Source: an uncultured Acidimicrobiales bacterium (GTDB lineage Bacteria > Actinomycetota > Acidimicrobiia > Acidimicrobiales > SZUA-35). From it: a DNA stretch of 64,000 bases. Positions 26,462 to 36,384 of this stretch are shown piece after piece. The stretch is from the NCBI GenBank assembly GCA_963803845.1, contig CAWDNZ010000004.1, positions 768,713-832,712 on the forward strand, written 5' to 3'. Both the position numbers and the translations under genes were made by a program. The notes beneath the pieces were generated by a model. The model saw only the letters and a list, made by a program, of their open reading frames with translations. It searched no databases and had not been told where the DNA came from. Each line of letters starts with the position of its first letter. Position 1 is the stretch's first letter.

Positions 26462-27991
26462 TCATAGAAGACCGAAGTAGCTGCTCACGAGCTCCCGAGC
26501 AATGGGTACGGCAGTTCCCCCGCCGGTCTGGTTTGGATGATCTGCGTCGGCGGCAACGAACACTGCGAACGCTATGTCAGGTGCAAATCCTTTGTCGCCA
26601 GCGAACCCGATCACCCAGGCGTGCGAGCTCTCCAAATCCTCTCCTACCTGGGCGGTTCCAGTTTTTGCCCCCAATTCCAGACCCGGGGTTTGGAGCCCCC
26701 TGGCCGTCCCTTCGGTGACGGCCAGCTTCATCATGGAGCGCAACTCGAGGGCGGTCTCCGGTGCCATTGCGGTGCGCCAAGGCTTCGGATCGATCGACTC
26801 CACAATCGTGCCGTCGGAGGAAAGAACTTTGCTCACTACATGCGGTGAGGGAACCACGCCACCGTTGGCAACTGCGGCCGCTACGAGACTCATCATGAGC
26901 GGGGAGGCGGCCACGCTGTTTTGACCAAGGGCGGATTGAGCGAGGATGGCACTGTTTGCGTAGACCCCGGCGGGGATCTCCTCGCTCGGCGCTCGCAGTT
27001 GCTCTCCGTAATCGGTGGGGAACACACTGGCCACAGCGCCGCCGATATCCAACGGGGGTTCCTCATTGAACCCGAAGGCCTGGGCGGTATCCACCATGGC
27101 CTCGGGGCCAACTCGCTCCGCCGCAAGGTAGGCGAAGCTGGTGTTGCACGATGTGGCGAGCGCTTCGGCCAGGGTGCCGCCGCAGGTACGCCCCCCGAAA
27201 TTGCGGATCGGCCGGTTACTGACCAGAGGCGGGAAGTATTCATTGGTCGGGTTCACGGTGGTGGCATCGGAACTCGCTCCACTGGCCGGACTGAACGTGG
27301 TCAGGATTGCAGCCGCCGTGACCACTTTGAACGACGACCCAGGAAAGTACACGTCGGCGATTGCACTGGGTCGTCGAGGATTGCCTTTCTGCGTATTCAA
27401 GGCTCGGGACGCCGCCTCGGCTTCGGCACCGTCATGGCTGGCCAGCAGCGAGGGATCGAACGAAGGCGAACTGTAGAGGGCCACGATCGCGCCCGTGTCG
27501 GGCTCGATCATGACAACCGAACCCACTCGATCGCCAAGAAGCTCCGCCGCCTCCGACTGCAGAGCGTGGGAGATGGACATCACCACATCGCCCGGTTGCC
27601 CTGCGCCGCCCAGGAATTCGTTCAAACCGCTCAATCGCAATTCCGCCGAGCGGCCCGACAGCGAATCGTTGTAGGCCTTCTCCACCCCTGATGCACCAAG
27701 ATTGAACGAGTAGAAGCCCGCTGAATGTGCGTAAAGCGCACCTTCTGGGTAGAGCCGTTGGTAGTCGAACGCCGAGCCAAAGACGCCCTCGGACTCCGCC
27801 ACCACAACACCGTCCGAAGTGAGTATTTGACCTCTGGGCCGATTGAAGTCACGAAGAATCGAGCGGGCGTTGTCCGGGTTGTTCCGAAGTTCAGCGGCGT
27901 CCAGTACCTGAACGCGACTGACCTGCACCATCAGCACGCCAAAACTGAGCAGGAGGACACCCAAGAGTCTCCTGAGTGACCGATCGATCAT
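26462..27991 (-). CDS. pbpA: Class B penicillin-binding protein (transpeptidase)
   Basis: SxxK as GSSFK, and KTGTA; N-terminal anchor. 4-nt overlap with rodA. Confidence 0.9.
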   Translation of the reverse strand: MIDRSLRRLLGVLLLSFGVLMVQVSRVQVLDAAELRNNPDNARSILRDFNRPRGQILTSDGVVVAESEGVFGSAFDYQRLYPEGALYAHSAGFYSFNLGASGVEKAYNDSLSGRSAELRLSGLNEFLGGAGQPGDVVMSISHALQSEAAELLGDRVGSVVMIEPDTGAIVALYSSPSFDPSLLASHDGAEAEAASRALNTQKGNPRRPSAIADVYFPGSSFKVVTAAAILTTFSPASGASSDATTVNPTNEYFPPLVSNRPIRNFGGRTCGGTLAEALATSCNTSFAYLAAERVGPEAMVDTAQAFGFNEEPPLDIGGAVASVFPTDYGEQLRAPSEEIPAGVYANSAILAQSALGQNSVAASPLMMSLVAAAVANGGVVPSPHVVSKVLSSDGTIVESIDPKPWRTAMAPETALELRSMMKLAVTEGTARGLQTPGLELGAKTGTAQVGEDLESSHAWVIGFAGDKGFAPDIAFAVFVAADADHPNQTGGGTAVPIARELVSSYFGLL

Positions 27992-29358
27992 TGGCCGAAA
28001 TACGTGGGGTCGGCGCTGCTGACGACGGAATGGCGTCGGACTGCGGAATCAGAAATACGAATGAGGATCGCCAAGATTATGTAGTTGGCCACGAGCGACG
28101 AGCCGCCGTAACTCACGAACGGAAGCGTGACTCCGGTGAGCGGGAGCAACCGAGTGACACCACCCACGATCACGATTACCTGGAACCCCAGCAGTGCGGT
28201 GAGTCCGCCCGCCACCAGCTTCTCGAACGGATCGGATGCGACCATCGCCACCCGGAAACCAGCGCCAACGAACAGCATGAAACAGACGAGGATCGCCGCC
28301 GCCCCCACCAGACCCAGCTCCTCACCGATAGCGGCGAAGATCATGTCGGTGGTGACCGCCGGAATGACGTTGGGTGTCCCCTCCCCCAGGCCGGTACCCA
28401 ACAAGCCACCGTCCGCCATGGCGAACGCCGCCTCAGCAACCTGAAAACCCGAGTCATTCACGTCCGCGAAGGGATCCAACCAGGCCGCTACTCGCCGCTG
28501 CACGTGCCCGAACATCTGGTACGCCACCGCGGACCCCGCCATGAAAAAGCAGAAGCCACCCAGCACATATGCCAGCCGAGAGGTGGCGAGATACATCATC
28601 ACTACGAAGAGCGTGAAGAAAAGGAGCGATGATCCCAAGTCTCGCTCCGCCACCATGACCAGGAGCGCCACCGCGACGGCCAGCCCGAGGGGCCCGAAAT
28701 GCCGAAGGTCGGGGACGTGGAGGCCTGCCACCCGGCGGGTGCTGATGGTCAGGAGTTCCCGTTTATCCACCAGATAGCCGGCAAGAAACATGGTCAGAAC
28801 GACCTTCGCAAACTCTCCAGGCTGAATGGTGAAGAACCCGAGCGAGATCCAGATTCGAGCTCCACGGATTTCCTGCCCGATGAACGGGAGTAGCGGCAAT
28901 AACAGGAGGGCTGTGCCGGTGAGAGCCATCAGATAGCGATACTGCTCGAGAGTTCGGACGTCGCGGAACACGACCAACGTGGTTGCAAACGCTGCGAGAC
29001 CAACGAGTGTCCAAACCGATTGCCGGGCAGCAAAATTCTCGTTGAGTCGAGCGATCATCACGTAACCGATACCGTTGAGAAACGCCACGAGCGGCAGGAG
29101 CGTGGGCTCGGCCATAGGCGCCAGCCGACGTACCACTACGTGGGCGGTCCCCAAGAGGCCCAGAACAAGAACAAGAAAGGGAATGACGTTTGGCGGCGTT
29201 TCGGATCGTGTAGCAAGGGCGGCGAGGCCGAACGCCGCAGTGGTCAGCAGACCAGCGCCGATCAACAGGGTCAGTTCGACTCCACGGGGGGATCCCATAT
29301 GCAGCCTCGAAACCCGGGCCGAGGGACCCGGATGGCTCCCGGGAGAGGACGTGATCAT
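27988..29358 (-). CDS. rodA: FtsW/RodA/SpoVE family peptidoglycan glycosyltransferase
   Basis: Polytopic membrane protein with the conserved C-terminal LLPLTGVTLPFVSYGGSS. The ATG at 29358 lies 7 nt after the pstP stop. Confidence 0.9.
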   Translation of the reverse strand: MITSSPGSHPGPSARVSRLHMGSPRGVELTLLIGAGLLTTAAFGLAALATRSETPPNVIPFLVLVLGLLGTAHVVVRRLAPMAEPTLLPLVAFLNGIGYVMIARLNENFAARQSVWTLVGLAAFATTLVVFRDVRTLEQYRYLMALTGTALLLLPLLPFIGQEIRGARIWISLGFFTIQPGEFAKVVLTMFLAGYLVDKRELLTISTRRVAGLHVPDLRHFGPLGLAVAVALLVMVAERDLGSSLLFFTLFVVMMYLATSRLAYVLGGFCFFMAGSAVAYQMFGHVQRRVAAWLDPFADVNDSGFQVAEAAFAMADGGLLGTGLGEGTPNVIPAVTTDMIFAAIGEELGLVGAAAILVCFMLFVGAGFRVAMVASDPFEKLVAGGLTALLGFQVIVIVGGVTRLLPLTGVTLPFVSYGGSSLVANYIILAILIRISDSAVRRHSVVSSADPTYFGQ

Positions 29359-29365
29359 GCGACCG

Positions 29366-30661
29366 CTACTCCGCGGTGCGGACGAGGGAGAGTTCAAGCT
29401 GCTCCACGAACGCCTGGGCATCGGCGAGTGAACCGAACACTGGAGTCTGGCCCACCTGATCCCGAGAAGCCGGCTTCAGGTCGTTCACGTCCAGGCCGGT
29501 GGTCTCGACAGCTTGGGGCTCGATGAACAGCAGGCCGCCCGGTCGACCTCGGAAGATCACCACCTCACTGGCCCGGGACTCCACAAACCATGCGTTTCGG
29601 CCATAGGCGGTGAAACCACCGATTCCCAATCCAACGAGTATGAAGAACCCGAGTAGGAACAACAAACCCCGAAGCCGACGCCCTGACCGTGGCGGCGAGG
29701 CGGAAACCACCGGGATCTCCTCGGTTGGGATCTGATTGGCGGCCCCCTCATCGTCCTCATCCGCCGCTTTCTCGGCCACCGGATCGGTGTGGTCCTGGGA
29801 GGGGGGTGGTGAATCGTCAGGCTCAGGATGGACAACTGGGGTGAAGAGGCTACTGGCCTCTGCATCGGCATCGCCGAGGGTCTCGAGGTCGAGCGGCGCA
29901 ACTTCGGCGTCGCCCGCAATCGCAACCGCCGATTCCGGTCCAGCGATGGTGGGGGCGTCATCAAGCACGCGGACGATTACCACCGTGATGTTGTCGTTTC
30001 CACCGTTTTGGTTGGCACGTTCTATGAGACGCTCTGCGGCCTCATCGAGGTTGTCAGCATTGGCAATTATTGTTGCCAGCACATGGTGATCCACCTCGTT
30101 GAAGAGCCCATCGCTGGCGAGCAGGATGGCGTCACCCTGCCCGATCGTTAGGTCGAAGATGTCAACTTCGGGATCTTCTCCGATCCCGAGAACGCGGGTC
30201 ACCACGTTCCGATGGGGATGATCTCGAGCCTCGGCCTCGCTGATCTTTCCCGACCGCACCAACTCCTGCACGAGAGAGTGATCCCTGGTGATCTGCTCTA
30301 GCTCACCACCGCTGAAGAAGTAGGCCCTGCTATCGCCAACGTTGGCGATGGTGACCGAACGGCGTTCGGGCCGCAGCAGGGCCGCAACCACGGTGGTGCC
30401 CATGTTGGCCATACCCGTCCGAACGGCGGCCGCCAACACCTCGCGATTGGCTAGCTGAATGGCCGAGATCATGTCATTCGCATCCCGGAGCAGGCCGAAT
30501 TGTTGGAGCTGATCCACCGCGGTCTCCGCCGCCAGTTCACCGCCGGCATGACCGCCCATACCGTCGGCCACAGCCACAAATGTGGGCGTGACGAGGAACC
30601 GATCCTGATTGGTCTCTCTGATCATGCCCTGATCGGTGGCAGCGGCGATCTCGAATCGCAT
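29366..30661 (-). CDS. pstP: PP2C-family Ser/Thr phosphatase with TM and extracellular tail
   Basis: TDQGMIRETNQD, VADGMGGHAGGE, LLASDGL, GGNDNITVV. Confidence 0.9.
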   Translation of the reverse strand: MRFEIAAATDQGMIRETNQDRFLVTPTFVAVADGMGGHAGGELAAETAVDQLQQFGLLRDANDMISAIQLANREVLAAAVRTGMANMGTTVVAALLRPERRSVTIANVGDSRAYFFSGGELEQITRDHSLVQELVRSGKISEAEARDHPHRNVVTRVLGIGEDPEVDIFDLTIGQGDAILLASDGLFNEVDHHVLATIIANADNLDEAAERLIERANQNGGNDNITVVIVRVLDDAPTIAGPESAVAIAGDAEVAPLDLETLGDADAEASSLFTPVVHPEPDDSPPPSQDHTDPVAEKAADEDDEGAANQIPTEEIPVVSASPPRSGRRLRGLLFLLGFFILVGLGIGGFTAYGRNAWFVESRASEVVIFRGRPGGLLFIEPQAVETTGLDVNDLKPASRDQVGQTPVFGSLADAQAFVEQLELSLVRTAE

Positions 30662-31140
30662 CAGCGCACCTCCATCACGGTGCTGCCCACTTGCACCCGG
30701 GACCCAGAATTGACTGCCACTGGCCCGGTGACCTTTTGTCGATCCACATACGTTCCATTTGTGGACCCTAGATCCGAGACCAGAAGCCCGTCCGGCGTAA
30801 TCGCCACTCGGGCATGCTGAGACGAGACGAAAGTGTCGTCCAGCGTGATATCGCAGGCCGCTGACCGGCCGATGGTGAGCTGGCCGTCTACTTCAAAGAC
30901 CAATCCGGCATGGCTCAGCGGCTCCACGATCACCACGGAGGGCTTCTTCGCAGACTTCTTGGAACGGCGTGTCCGGCGCTCGTTGTTAGTGGTGGTGGCG
31001 GCGGGAGACGGAACCGCTTGCCAGACCGAGGACGCCACGCGAGCAAAGAAGAACCAAACCAACGCCAGGAACCCGAGGCGGAGAAGGGTGAGAATGGCGT
31101 CGGACACTGTGCCCGATCGTAGTTGTTCCGGGAAGGCCAA
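30661..31140 (-). CDS. fhaB: FHA-domain protein FhaB/FipA
   Basis: N-terminal TM segment, then an FHA core LTIGRSAACDITLDDTFVSSQHARV...DLGSTNGTYV. 1-nt overlap (TGATG) with pstP. Confidence 0.88.
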   Translation of the reverse strand: MAFPEQLRSGTVSDAILTLLRLGFLALVWFFFARVASSVWQAVPSPAATTTNNERRTRRSKKSAKKPSVVIVEPLSHAGLVFEVDGQLTIGRSAACDITLDDTFVSSQHARVAITPDGLLVSDLGSTNGTYVDRQKVTGPVAVNSGSRVQVGSTVMEVR

Positions 31141-31192
31141 GGGCTCCGCCTGCTCCGACCGCTTTGCAGTGCGATGTTTGAACTACCGTTAC

Positions 31193-31858
31193 ATGGTGAT
31201 GGTGCTGCGTGCGATGGAGGGTCAGATCGAAGAATACGTGGAGGGCCTGATGGCGCGCCTCTTCGGATCGGGGCTCCAACCGGTCGAAATCGGCCGCCGG
31301 TTGCGCCGCGTCGCCGTCCGCGACCGTCGTGTCAACGTCAAGGGCATCGCCACCGCGGCTAACCATTTCGTGGTGGAGTTAGGTCCGGCCGATCATGACC
31401 GCATCGTGGGCCAGAGTCCGTCGATCATCAAAGACCTGATCGACGAAGTGCGCAGCGCCGCGGCCAAAGAACGACTCAGCCTCTCGGGGCCCGTGAGCGT
31501 CACCTTCTCTGTAGATGAGGCCCGTCGCCCGGGAACCTTTTCCATCGCCAGTGCTTTCGATGATTCCGCGAGAGTCCCAGTGCCGGCGGTGCTCGAACTG
31601 ACCGACGGGACATCGATGGACCTTGGTGCAGCGGGGGCTCGAATCGGCCGCCATCACGACAACGACGTCGTAATCGACGAGACCAACGTCAGCCGCTTCC
31701 ACGTACAGCTTCTTCCAACCGACACGGGCTGGCAGATCGTTGATCAAGAATCCACCAATGGCACCCGGGTCAACGGGCAGTTCATCACCCGAGGCGAACT
31801 CAATAACGGCGACGTGCTCAGCATCGGCCCCGCCACCTTCACATTCCGCACCCTCTAG
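31193..31858 (+). CDS. fhaA: FhaA-like protein (DUF3662-type N-domain + FHA)
   Basis: EGQIEEYVEGLMARLFGSGLQPVEIGRRLRR (FhaA N-domain) and a C-terminal FHA (ARIGRHHDNDVVIDETNVSRFH..ESTNGTRVNG). It is on the strand opposite to fhaB. Confidence 0.85.
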   Translation: MVMVLRAMEGQIEEYVEGLMARLFGSGLQPVEIGRRLRRVAVRDRRVNVKGIATAANHFVVELGPADHDRIVGQSPSIIKDLIDEVRSAAAKERLSLSGPVSVTFSVDEARRPGTFSIASAFDDSARVPVPAVLELTDGTSMDLGAAGARIGRHHDNDVVIDETNVSRFHVQLLPTDTGWQIVDQESTNGTRVNGQFITRGELNNGDVLSIGPATFTFRTL

Positions 31859-31879
31859 CAGGGAAACCGGGCCGGTCAG

Positions 31880-32209
31880 CTAGTGACCAACCACGTCGGC
31901 GGTGTCGGGGCGAGACCGCAGATACTCCGCGGCGAAAGCGCACAACGCCACGATGGTGCGATCGGTTTGCCGTAGGTCTTCCACGATGCCGGCCATGAGT
32001 TCGTCGGCAAACCCATTCCCGCGGTAAGGCAAGAGTGTCTCAACGTGAGGCACCACCACGACGCCGCCGCTCTGCAGCGAGTAGTTGGCATAACTCCGGA
32101 GTGGAGCCTCAGGATCTCCTAGATCGAGGAGCTCAAATCGGCCAGCGGGAAGGTTGTCCCTCACCACCAGTTGGGTCTGCTCGGCGTCTTCAGGAGTTCG
32201 CAGTGTCAC
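31880..32209 (-). CDS. Small GNAT-family N-acetyltransferase (YjdJ-like)
   Basis: 109 aa. VPHVETLLPYRGNGFADELM....ALCAFA pattern. Confidence 0.65.
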   Translation of the reverse strand: MTLRTPEDAEQTQLVVRDNLPAGRFELLDLGDPEAPLRSYANYSLQSGGVVVVPHVETLLPYRGNGFADELMAGIVEDLRQTDRTIVALCAFAAEYLRSRPDTADVVGH

Positions 32210-32321
32210 GAGTTACGGAACAACATGCCGTACCCAGATGTTCCATCGCGGAACTTCGAGCGCCGATCGGCCGTCCTATCCATTACTCGACCACGGGTCT
32301 CTGACGATCGAAAGGAACGCT

Positions 32322-32897
32322 ATGTCAACGAATCGATTCATCCTCCGTCTCTCCGCACTCGCGTTTGGAGCCATCTTGCTCCTAGCCGGATGCGGCTCGA
32401 ATAAAGACACCCAAACGACCGGCGACGAAACGACCACCACTACCGCACCAGCTGACGTGCCGGTTGCAGACGACAAGGGCCCGGCACCCGATGACGCCGG
32501 AAGGTGTGTTGAGGGTGAACAGGACTGCGACGACGTCGTGACTAACGATGACCCGACCGATCTGCCCAGCAACGATGACGAGCCCGCTAGCTCCGGCATG
32601 CCAGCGAACGGCGACTTCACGGTCTCTGATGCTCTTAGTACCGACGCAACCGGCATCTTGGCCGTACGCGGCTACCTTCTCGGCAGCAACAACCAACTTT
32701 TGTTGTGCGAGGAGCTCGTAGGAGCGGGCGAAAAATACGCTTGCTCTGGCGCTTCGGTGATCCTCAGCAATCTGGACATGAATGACGTACCGGGCTTGGT
32801 CTTCTTGGAGGGAACGACGTTCACCGAAGGTGAGATCACACTGTTCGGAACCATCGCGGACGGCGTGCTCGAGGTAAACAACGCCGTTCGAGGCTGA
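32322..32897 (+). CDS. Hypothetical lipoprotein with acidic linker
   Basis: Signal plus lipobox ILLLAGCGS. AAGGA Shine-Dalgarno 6 nt upstream of the ATG at 32322. Confidence 0.65.
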   Translation: MSTNRFILRLSALAFGAILLLAGCGSNKDTQTTGDETTTTTAPADVPVADDKGPAPDDAGRCVEGEQDCDDVVTNDDPTDLPSNDDEPASSGMPANGDFTVSDALSTDATGILAVRGYLLGSNNQLLLCEELVGAGEKYACSGASVILSNLDMNDVPGLVFLEGTTFTEGEITLFGTIADGVLEVNNAVRG

Positions 32898-32922
32898 CCG
32901 GACCGGCCGAGCATCACATCTG

Positions 32923-33006
32923 TGCGCGAGGGGGGACTTGAACCCCCACGTCCGTTAAGACACAGGAACCTGAATCCTGCGTGTCTGCCAATTCCACCAC
33001 TCGCGC
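32923..33006 (-). tRNA. tRNA-Leu (anticodon CAG)
   Basis: Reverse complement GCGCGAGTGGTGGAATTGGCAGACACGCAGGATTCAGGTTCCTGTGTCTTAACGGACGTGGGGGTTCAAGTCCCCCCTCGCGCA. Long variable arm and a CAG anticodon loop. Confidence 0.92.
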
Positions 33007-33160
33007 TGGAGCAGTGCAGAGAGCGTAACTCAGTGGGCCGAGTTTGCCCACCGAGTTACCTCTGCCGCGTTCTGTCTGCTCAAGGTGGTGATCGCACCAT
33101 AGGGGCAAACCGATGGGCAGCCATAGCGAGAGGGCTGGGGCATCGCTACCGTCGAGAGCG

Positions 33161-33748
33161 ATGAATCCGCTGGCCAGTCTCCCAAATACACCGGCCGAGC
33201 GACGCTCGGCGCTCAAACAAATCATCATGAAGAAGGGTGTGACCGAACTGGCGGAGCCGGTAGAACTCTCATCGGGCGCGATGTCACGCTATTTCATCGA
33301 TGCCAAACGAGCGCTCTGCGCTGGGAACGATCTCACCCTCGCCGCCACGTGCATGATGGACCTCCTGGCCGAACACAAGGTGACCATCGATGCCGTTGGC
33401 GGTCTCACACTGGGTGCCGACCAATTCGCCCACGGCGTGGCCATGGTTGGCGGGGTGGACTGGTTCGTGGTCCGGAAGAAGTCCAAGGGCCGCGGTACCA
33501 ACAAGTTCATCGAAGGCGCTCCAGTGAAGGGCCGACGGGTGCTGTTGGTGGACGACGTGATCACCAGCGGGATGTCCACGCTCACCGCCAGCGAGCGCGT
33601 GGTCGCTGAAGGCGGGACCCCGGTTTTCGCCACCACTGTCGTGTCTCGCAGCGACCAACCGGCCGAGAACTTCCGTACCGCCGGGATCCCTTTCGTGCCC
33701 ATCTTCACCTACCACGACCTTGGTCTTCCCGCCGTGGGGACCGAGTAG
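33161..33748 (+). CDS. pyrE: Orotate phosphoribosyltransferase
   Basis: PRPP-binding loop RVLLVDDVITSGMST, preceded by FVVRKKSKGRGT. Confidence 0.8.
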   Translation: MNPLASLPNTPAERRSALKQIIMKKGVTELAEPVELSSGAMSRYFIDAKRALCAGNDLTLAATCMMDLLAEHKVTIDAVGGLTLGADQFAHGVAMVGGVDWFVVRKKSKGRGTNKFIEGAPVKGRRVLLVDDVITSGMSTLTASERVVAEGGTPVFATTVVSRSDQPAENFRTAGIPFVPIFTYHDLGLPAVGTE

Positions 33749-33757
33749 CGGCATCGA

Positions 33758-34399
33758 ATGGCAGCAGCCGATCAGGTGGAGCCCCAGCAGCTCGAGGCCC
33801 GTGAGGTTGGGGTGGGGCCGCACCCTGAACCCTGGCCTGAAGACGCACGGCTCGACCCCGTCCTTCTCGCGGAAGGAGATCGCCGGAACGTGTTGGACCG
33901 CTACCGCTACTGGACGGTGGAGGCCATCGTGGTTGACCTGGATACGCGTCGTCACCCGTTTCACATTGCAATCGAGAACTGGCAACACGACCTCAACATC
34001 GGAACAGTCGTGAGAACGGCCAATGCATTTCTCGCCGCCGAAGTCCACATCGTCGGGAAGAAGAAGTGGAACAAACGAGGAGCGATGGTCACCGATCGCT
34101 ACCAGCACATTCGCCACCACTCAGTGGCTGAAGACCTCGTCGCTTTTGCCCGGTCGTCCGATCTCACGCTCGTCGGAATCGACAACCTGCCCGGCTCTAC
34201 TTCGCTCGACGCCAGCCCGCTCCCGCGGAAAAGCATGCTGGTGTTTGGCCAAGAGGGACCCGGTCTCAGCAGCCTGATCCGCCCGCATCTGGATCAGTGC
34301 CGATCGATCCCGCAGTTCGGCTCCACCCGCAGCATCAACGCGGGCGTGGCCGCCGGTATTGCCATGCACGCGTGGATAAGGACTCACGCACTCAGCTAG
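33758..34399 (+). CDS. TrmH/SpoU family RNA 2'-O-methyltransferase
   Basis: NIGTVVRTANAF, LVFGQEGPGL, IPQFGSTRSINAGVAAGIAMH (three SpoU motifs). Confidence 0.85.
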   Translation: MAAADQVEPQQLEAREVGVGPHPEPWPEDARLDPVLLAEGDRRNVLDRYRYWTVEAIVVDLDTRRHPFHIAIENWQHDLNIGTVVRTANAFLAAEVHIVGKKKWNKRGAMVTDRYQHIRHHSVAEDLVAFARSSDLTLVGIDNLPGSTSLDASPLPRKSMLVFGQEGPGLSSLIRPHLDQCRSIPQFGSTRSINAGVAAGIAMHAWIRTHALS

Positions 34400-34994
34400 A
34401 GGGAACACTCTCCTCTGGCGTCGGCTTACCGCGTCTGGACCGGGACCGCCAGATCCATTCCACCAGGATCGCAATCCCGAAGATCGCAACGAACCAGATC
34501 ACCCATTTGATGATTCGGCGCACCGATTCAGGCATCTTGGCTTCGGGATCGGTGGTGAGTTCAGTGAGGAAAAGCTCCGCGAGATCCTCTGGGGACCCGT
34601 CGGCCTTGCGGACGGCGGCCAGGGCACTGAGCCGATCACCATCAAGCACATCGCCCGTTTCGGCCTCGATCTCGCCGTCTAGGCCAAAGCCGAGAACGAC
34701 ATCGAACTCGCCGCCCTGCTGCACCCGTAAGACGAAGGCTCTTAGTTCGGGCAGCGGATCGAGCGGGATGACGATGCCCATCTTGTAGCCGAGAGCCTTC
34801 GCGTCTTGCACCACTTCGACCAAACGGACCCGATCGATGTCGTCGTCAACCCGGTTGTTTACGAACACCCCATCGCTGCTCAACGCGGCAATTACCGTGC
34901 TTGGTTGTTCGGCGGCCACCGGGCCCGAAACAGCGAACGGCAGGATCACCAAAACCAACGCGATGGCTAGGGTGGCTCGGCCAAAAGGTTTCAC
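34392..34994 (-). CDS. Hypothetical secreted protein with C-terminal membrane anchor
   Basis: Signal peptide MKPFGRATLAIALVLVILPFAVSGPVAA. C-terminal TM WVIWFVAIFGIAILVEWIW plus a basic tail. Confidence 0.5.
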   Translation of the reverse strand: MKPFGRATLAIALVLVILPFAVSGPVAAEQPSTVIAALSSDGVFVNNRVDDDIDRVRLVEVVQDAKALGYKMGIVIPLDPLPELRAFVLRVQQGGEFDVVLGFGLDGEIEAETGDVLDGDRLSALAAVRKADGSPEDLAELFLTELTTDPEAKMPESVRRIIKWVIWFVAIFGIAILVEWIWRSRSRRGKPTPEESVPSS

Positions 34995-35055
34995 TTCGAG
35001 CGATTATTTCACACACCCCGCGAAGCGCTGGTGAACGACGCTGCTTTCGCTTGCG

Positions 35056-35514
35056 TTAGCTGCTCTTGGACAAGAACCACTCGCGGCTCTTGTCGTGGTC
35101 TTCATCGGCCCCGAGAAAGGCAGCAAACGCGTCTTCGTGGCCGGGAGAGCTGTGGCTGGGCGTCGACTTGCTCGGTTGCGGACTCTCCGAGGCGGGCGAG
35201 GGGCGAGCACCGGGAACGGTCGCAGGCGTCGGCAACGGGGTGCCAACAAGGTCGACATCGTTTGCATCCACAACCGCCTCGGGAGCCATTTGGATCCGTT
35301 CGGCCATCAGCTCGAGCTTCTCTGCCCGAAGCGTTTCCAGTTCGGTCTTGAGCGCAGAGAGGTAAACCTCCAGTTGACGGCGTTGCTCCAGGAGACGCTT
35401 GGTCTCCACCTTCACGGTGCTTAACTCCCGCAATACCGCTCCGACGTGGGCAGACAGATCCTCGGGAACCTCTGTGCGCTGGGTGGGCTCAGTGGCCAAT
35501 TCGTTGTTGATCAA
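35056..35514 (-). CDS. Hypothetical coiled-coil protein
   Basis: Heptad-rich KRLLEQRRQLEVYLSALKTELETLRAEKLELMAERI. A TTG at 35514 is preceded by GAGGAAG. The ORF-track ATG (35775) would overlap the upstream gene by ~100 nt. Confidence 0.4.
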   Translation of the reverse strand: MINNELATEPTQRTEVPEDLSAHVGAVLRELSTVKVETKRLLEQRRQLEVYLSALKTELETLRAEKLELMAERIQMAPEAVVDANDVDLVGTPLPTPATVPGARPSPASESPQPSKSTPSHSSPGHEDAFAAFLGADEDHDKSREWFLSKSS

Positions 35515-35671
35515 GGTACTTCCTCGCTCGAAAGCAATACGGAGAAGCCCGCCGGTGGGCGGCTTCGGTTTACTGTCGGCCGCCGCCGCTCTGGTTTGAA
35601 CAACGCCTCGGGTATTCCCTGGGGCGAGGAGCGCCGTCGAGGACTGCGTCAGGTCTCCGGGGGGCCGGGTA

Positions 35672-36379
35672 TCAGCTGAACATTCGCAGCCACTGCTCCA
35701 CGCTGAGCGGCTGCAGCACCATGTTGTTGGCGCGGGTATCGCCCATGGACTGGGTCGGGAGCGGCGAATACGCATGGCCCGGACAGACCATCACATGATC
35801 GTCGATCGCGGAGAGACCCGAAGTCAGAGAGTGGTAGAGCTTCTCGGCGTCCCCGCCGGGGAGATCGGTCCGGCCACAGCCATCGATGAAGAGGGTGTCG
35901 CCCGAGACCAGTTGATCTTCCACCAGCACACACTGGGACCCGGGGGTATGTCCAGGCGTGTGCAGCAGGATGATCGGAATGTTGCCAACTCGAAGCTGAT
36001 CGCCGGGATCGTGGCCGACGAGCTGATCCGCGCCGACCCCGGTGACCTTTGTGACGAATTCGAGTTCGGGTTTTTGGAGATGAATGGGCACGTCTTGGCG
36101 TGCCAGAAGCTCGGCTATCCCCACGACGTCGAATCCCATCATCTTCCCGCCAACGTGATCGGCGTGGTAGTGGGTCCCGATTACCCCGGAGAGATGAAGC
36201 CCCTCGGCGTCAACAACGGCCAACAGTCCGTCGGCGTCATAGGCCGGATCCACCAGGATGGCCTCACCGGATTCGCGGTCGCCGATGAGATAGGCGAAAT
36301 TGGCCATCTGGGCAGCCATGGGATCACCGACGGCGAAGTCTCGGCCAGAGAGCAGTTGACGGAAGACAAGGGTGGACAT
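35672..36379 (-). CDS. MBL-fold metallo-hydrolase (glyoxalase II-like)
   Basis: GTHYHADHVGG, HTPGHTPGS, and PGH near the C-terminus. The ATG at 36379 lies 5 nt after the pheA stop. Confidence 0.8.
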   Translation of the reverse strand: MSTLVFRQLLSGRDFAVGDPMAAQMANFAYLIGDRESGEAILVDPAYDADGLLAVVDAEGLHLSGVIGTHYHADHVGGKMMGFDVVGIAELLARQDVPIHLQKPELEFVTKVTGVGADQLVGHDPGDQLRVGNIPIILLHTPGHTPGSQCVLVEDQLVSGDTLFIDGCGRTDLPGGDAEKLYHSLTSGLSAIDDHVMVCPGHAYSPLPTQSMGDTRANNMVLQPLSVEQWLRMFS

Positions 36380-36384
36380 AGGGA

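Noticed and set aside
28762-28770. Isolated DnaA-box-like 9-mers inside coding regions: TTATCCACC in rodA, and CGTGGATAA near 34370 in the TrmH gene.
   Set aside because: These are single one-mismatch hits within well-supported ORFs, as expected by chance in 64 kb on two strands. Only the intergenic clusters were retained.
33008-33059. Possible PyrR-binding or attenuator structure upstream of pyrE: GTGCAGAGAGCG followed by a 13-bp interrupted hairpin GTAACTCaGTGGGC..GCCCACcGAGTTAC (33025-33059).
   Set aside because: The motif differs from the PyrR loop consensus (UCCAGAGAGGCU) at key positions. No pyrR or anti-terminator alternative is evident. The hairpin also lies in the promoter region of the divergent tRNA-Leu, so the assignment is too speculative.
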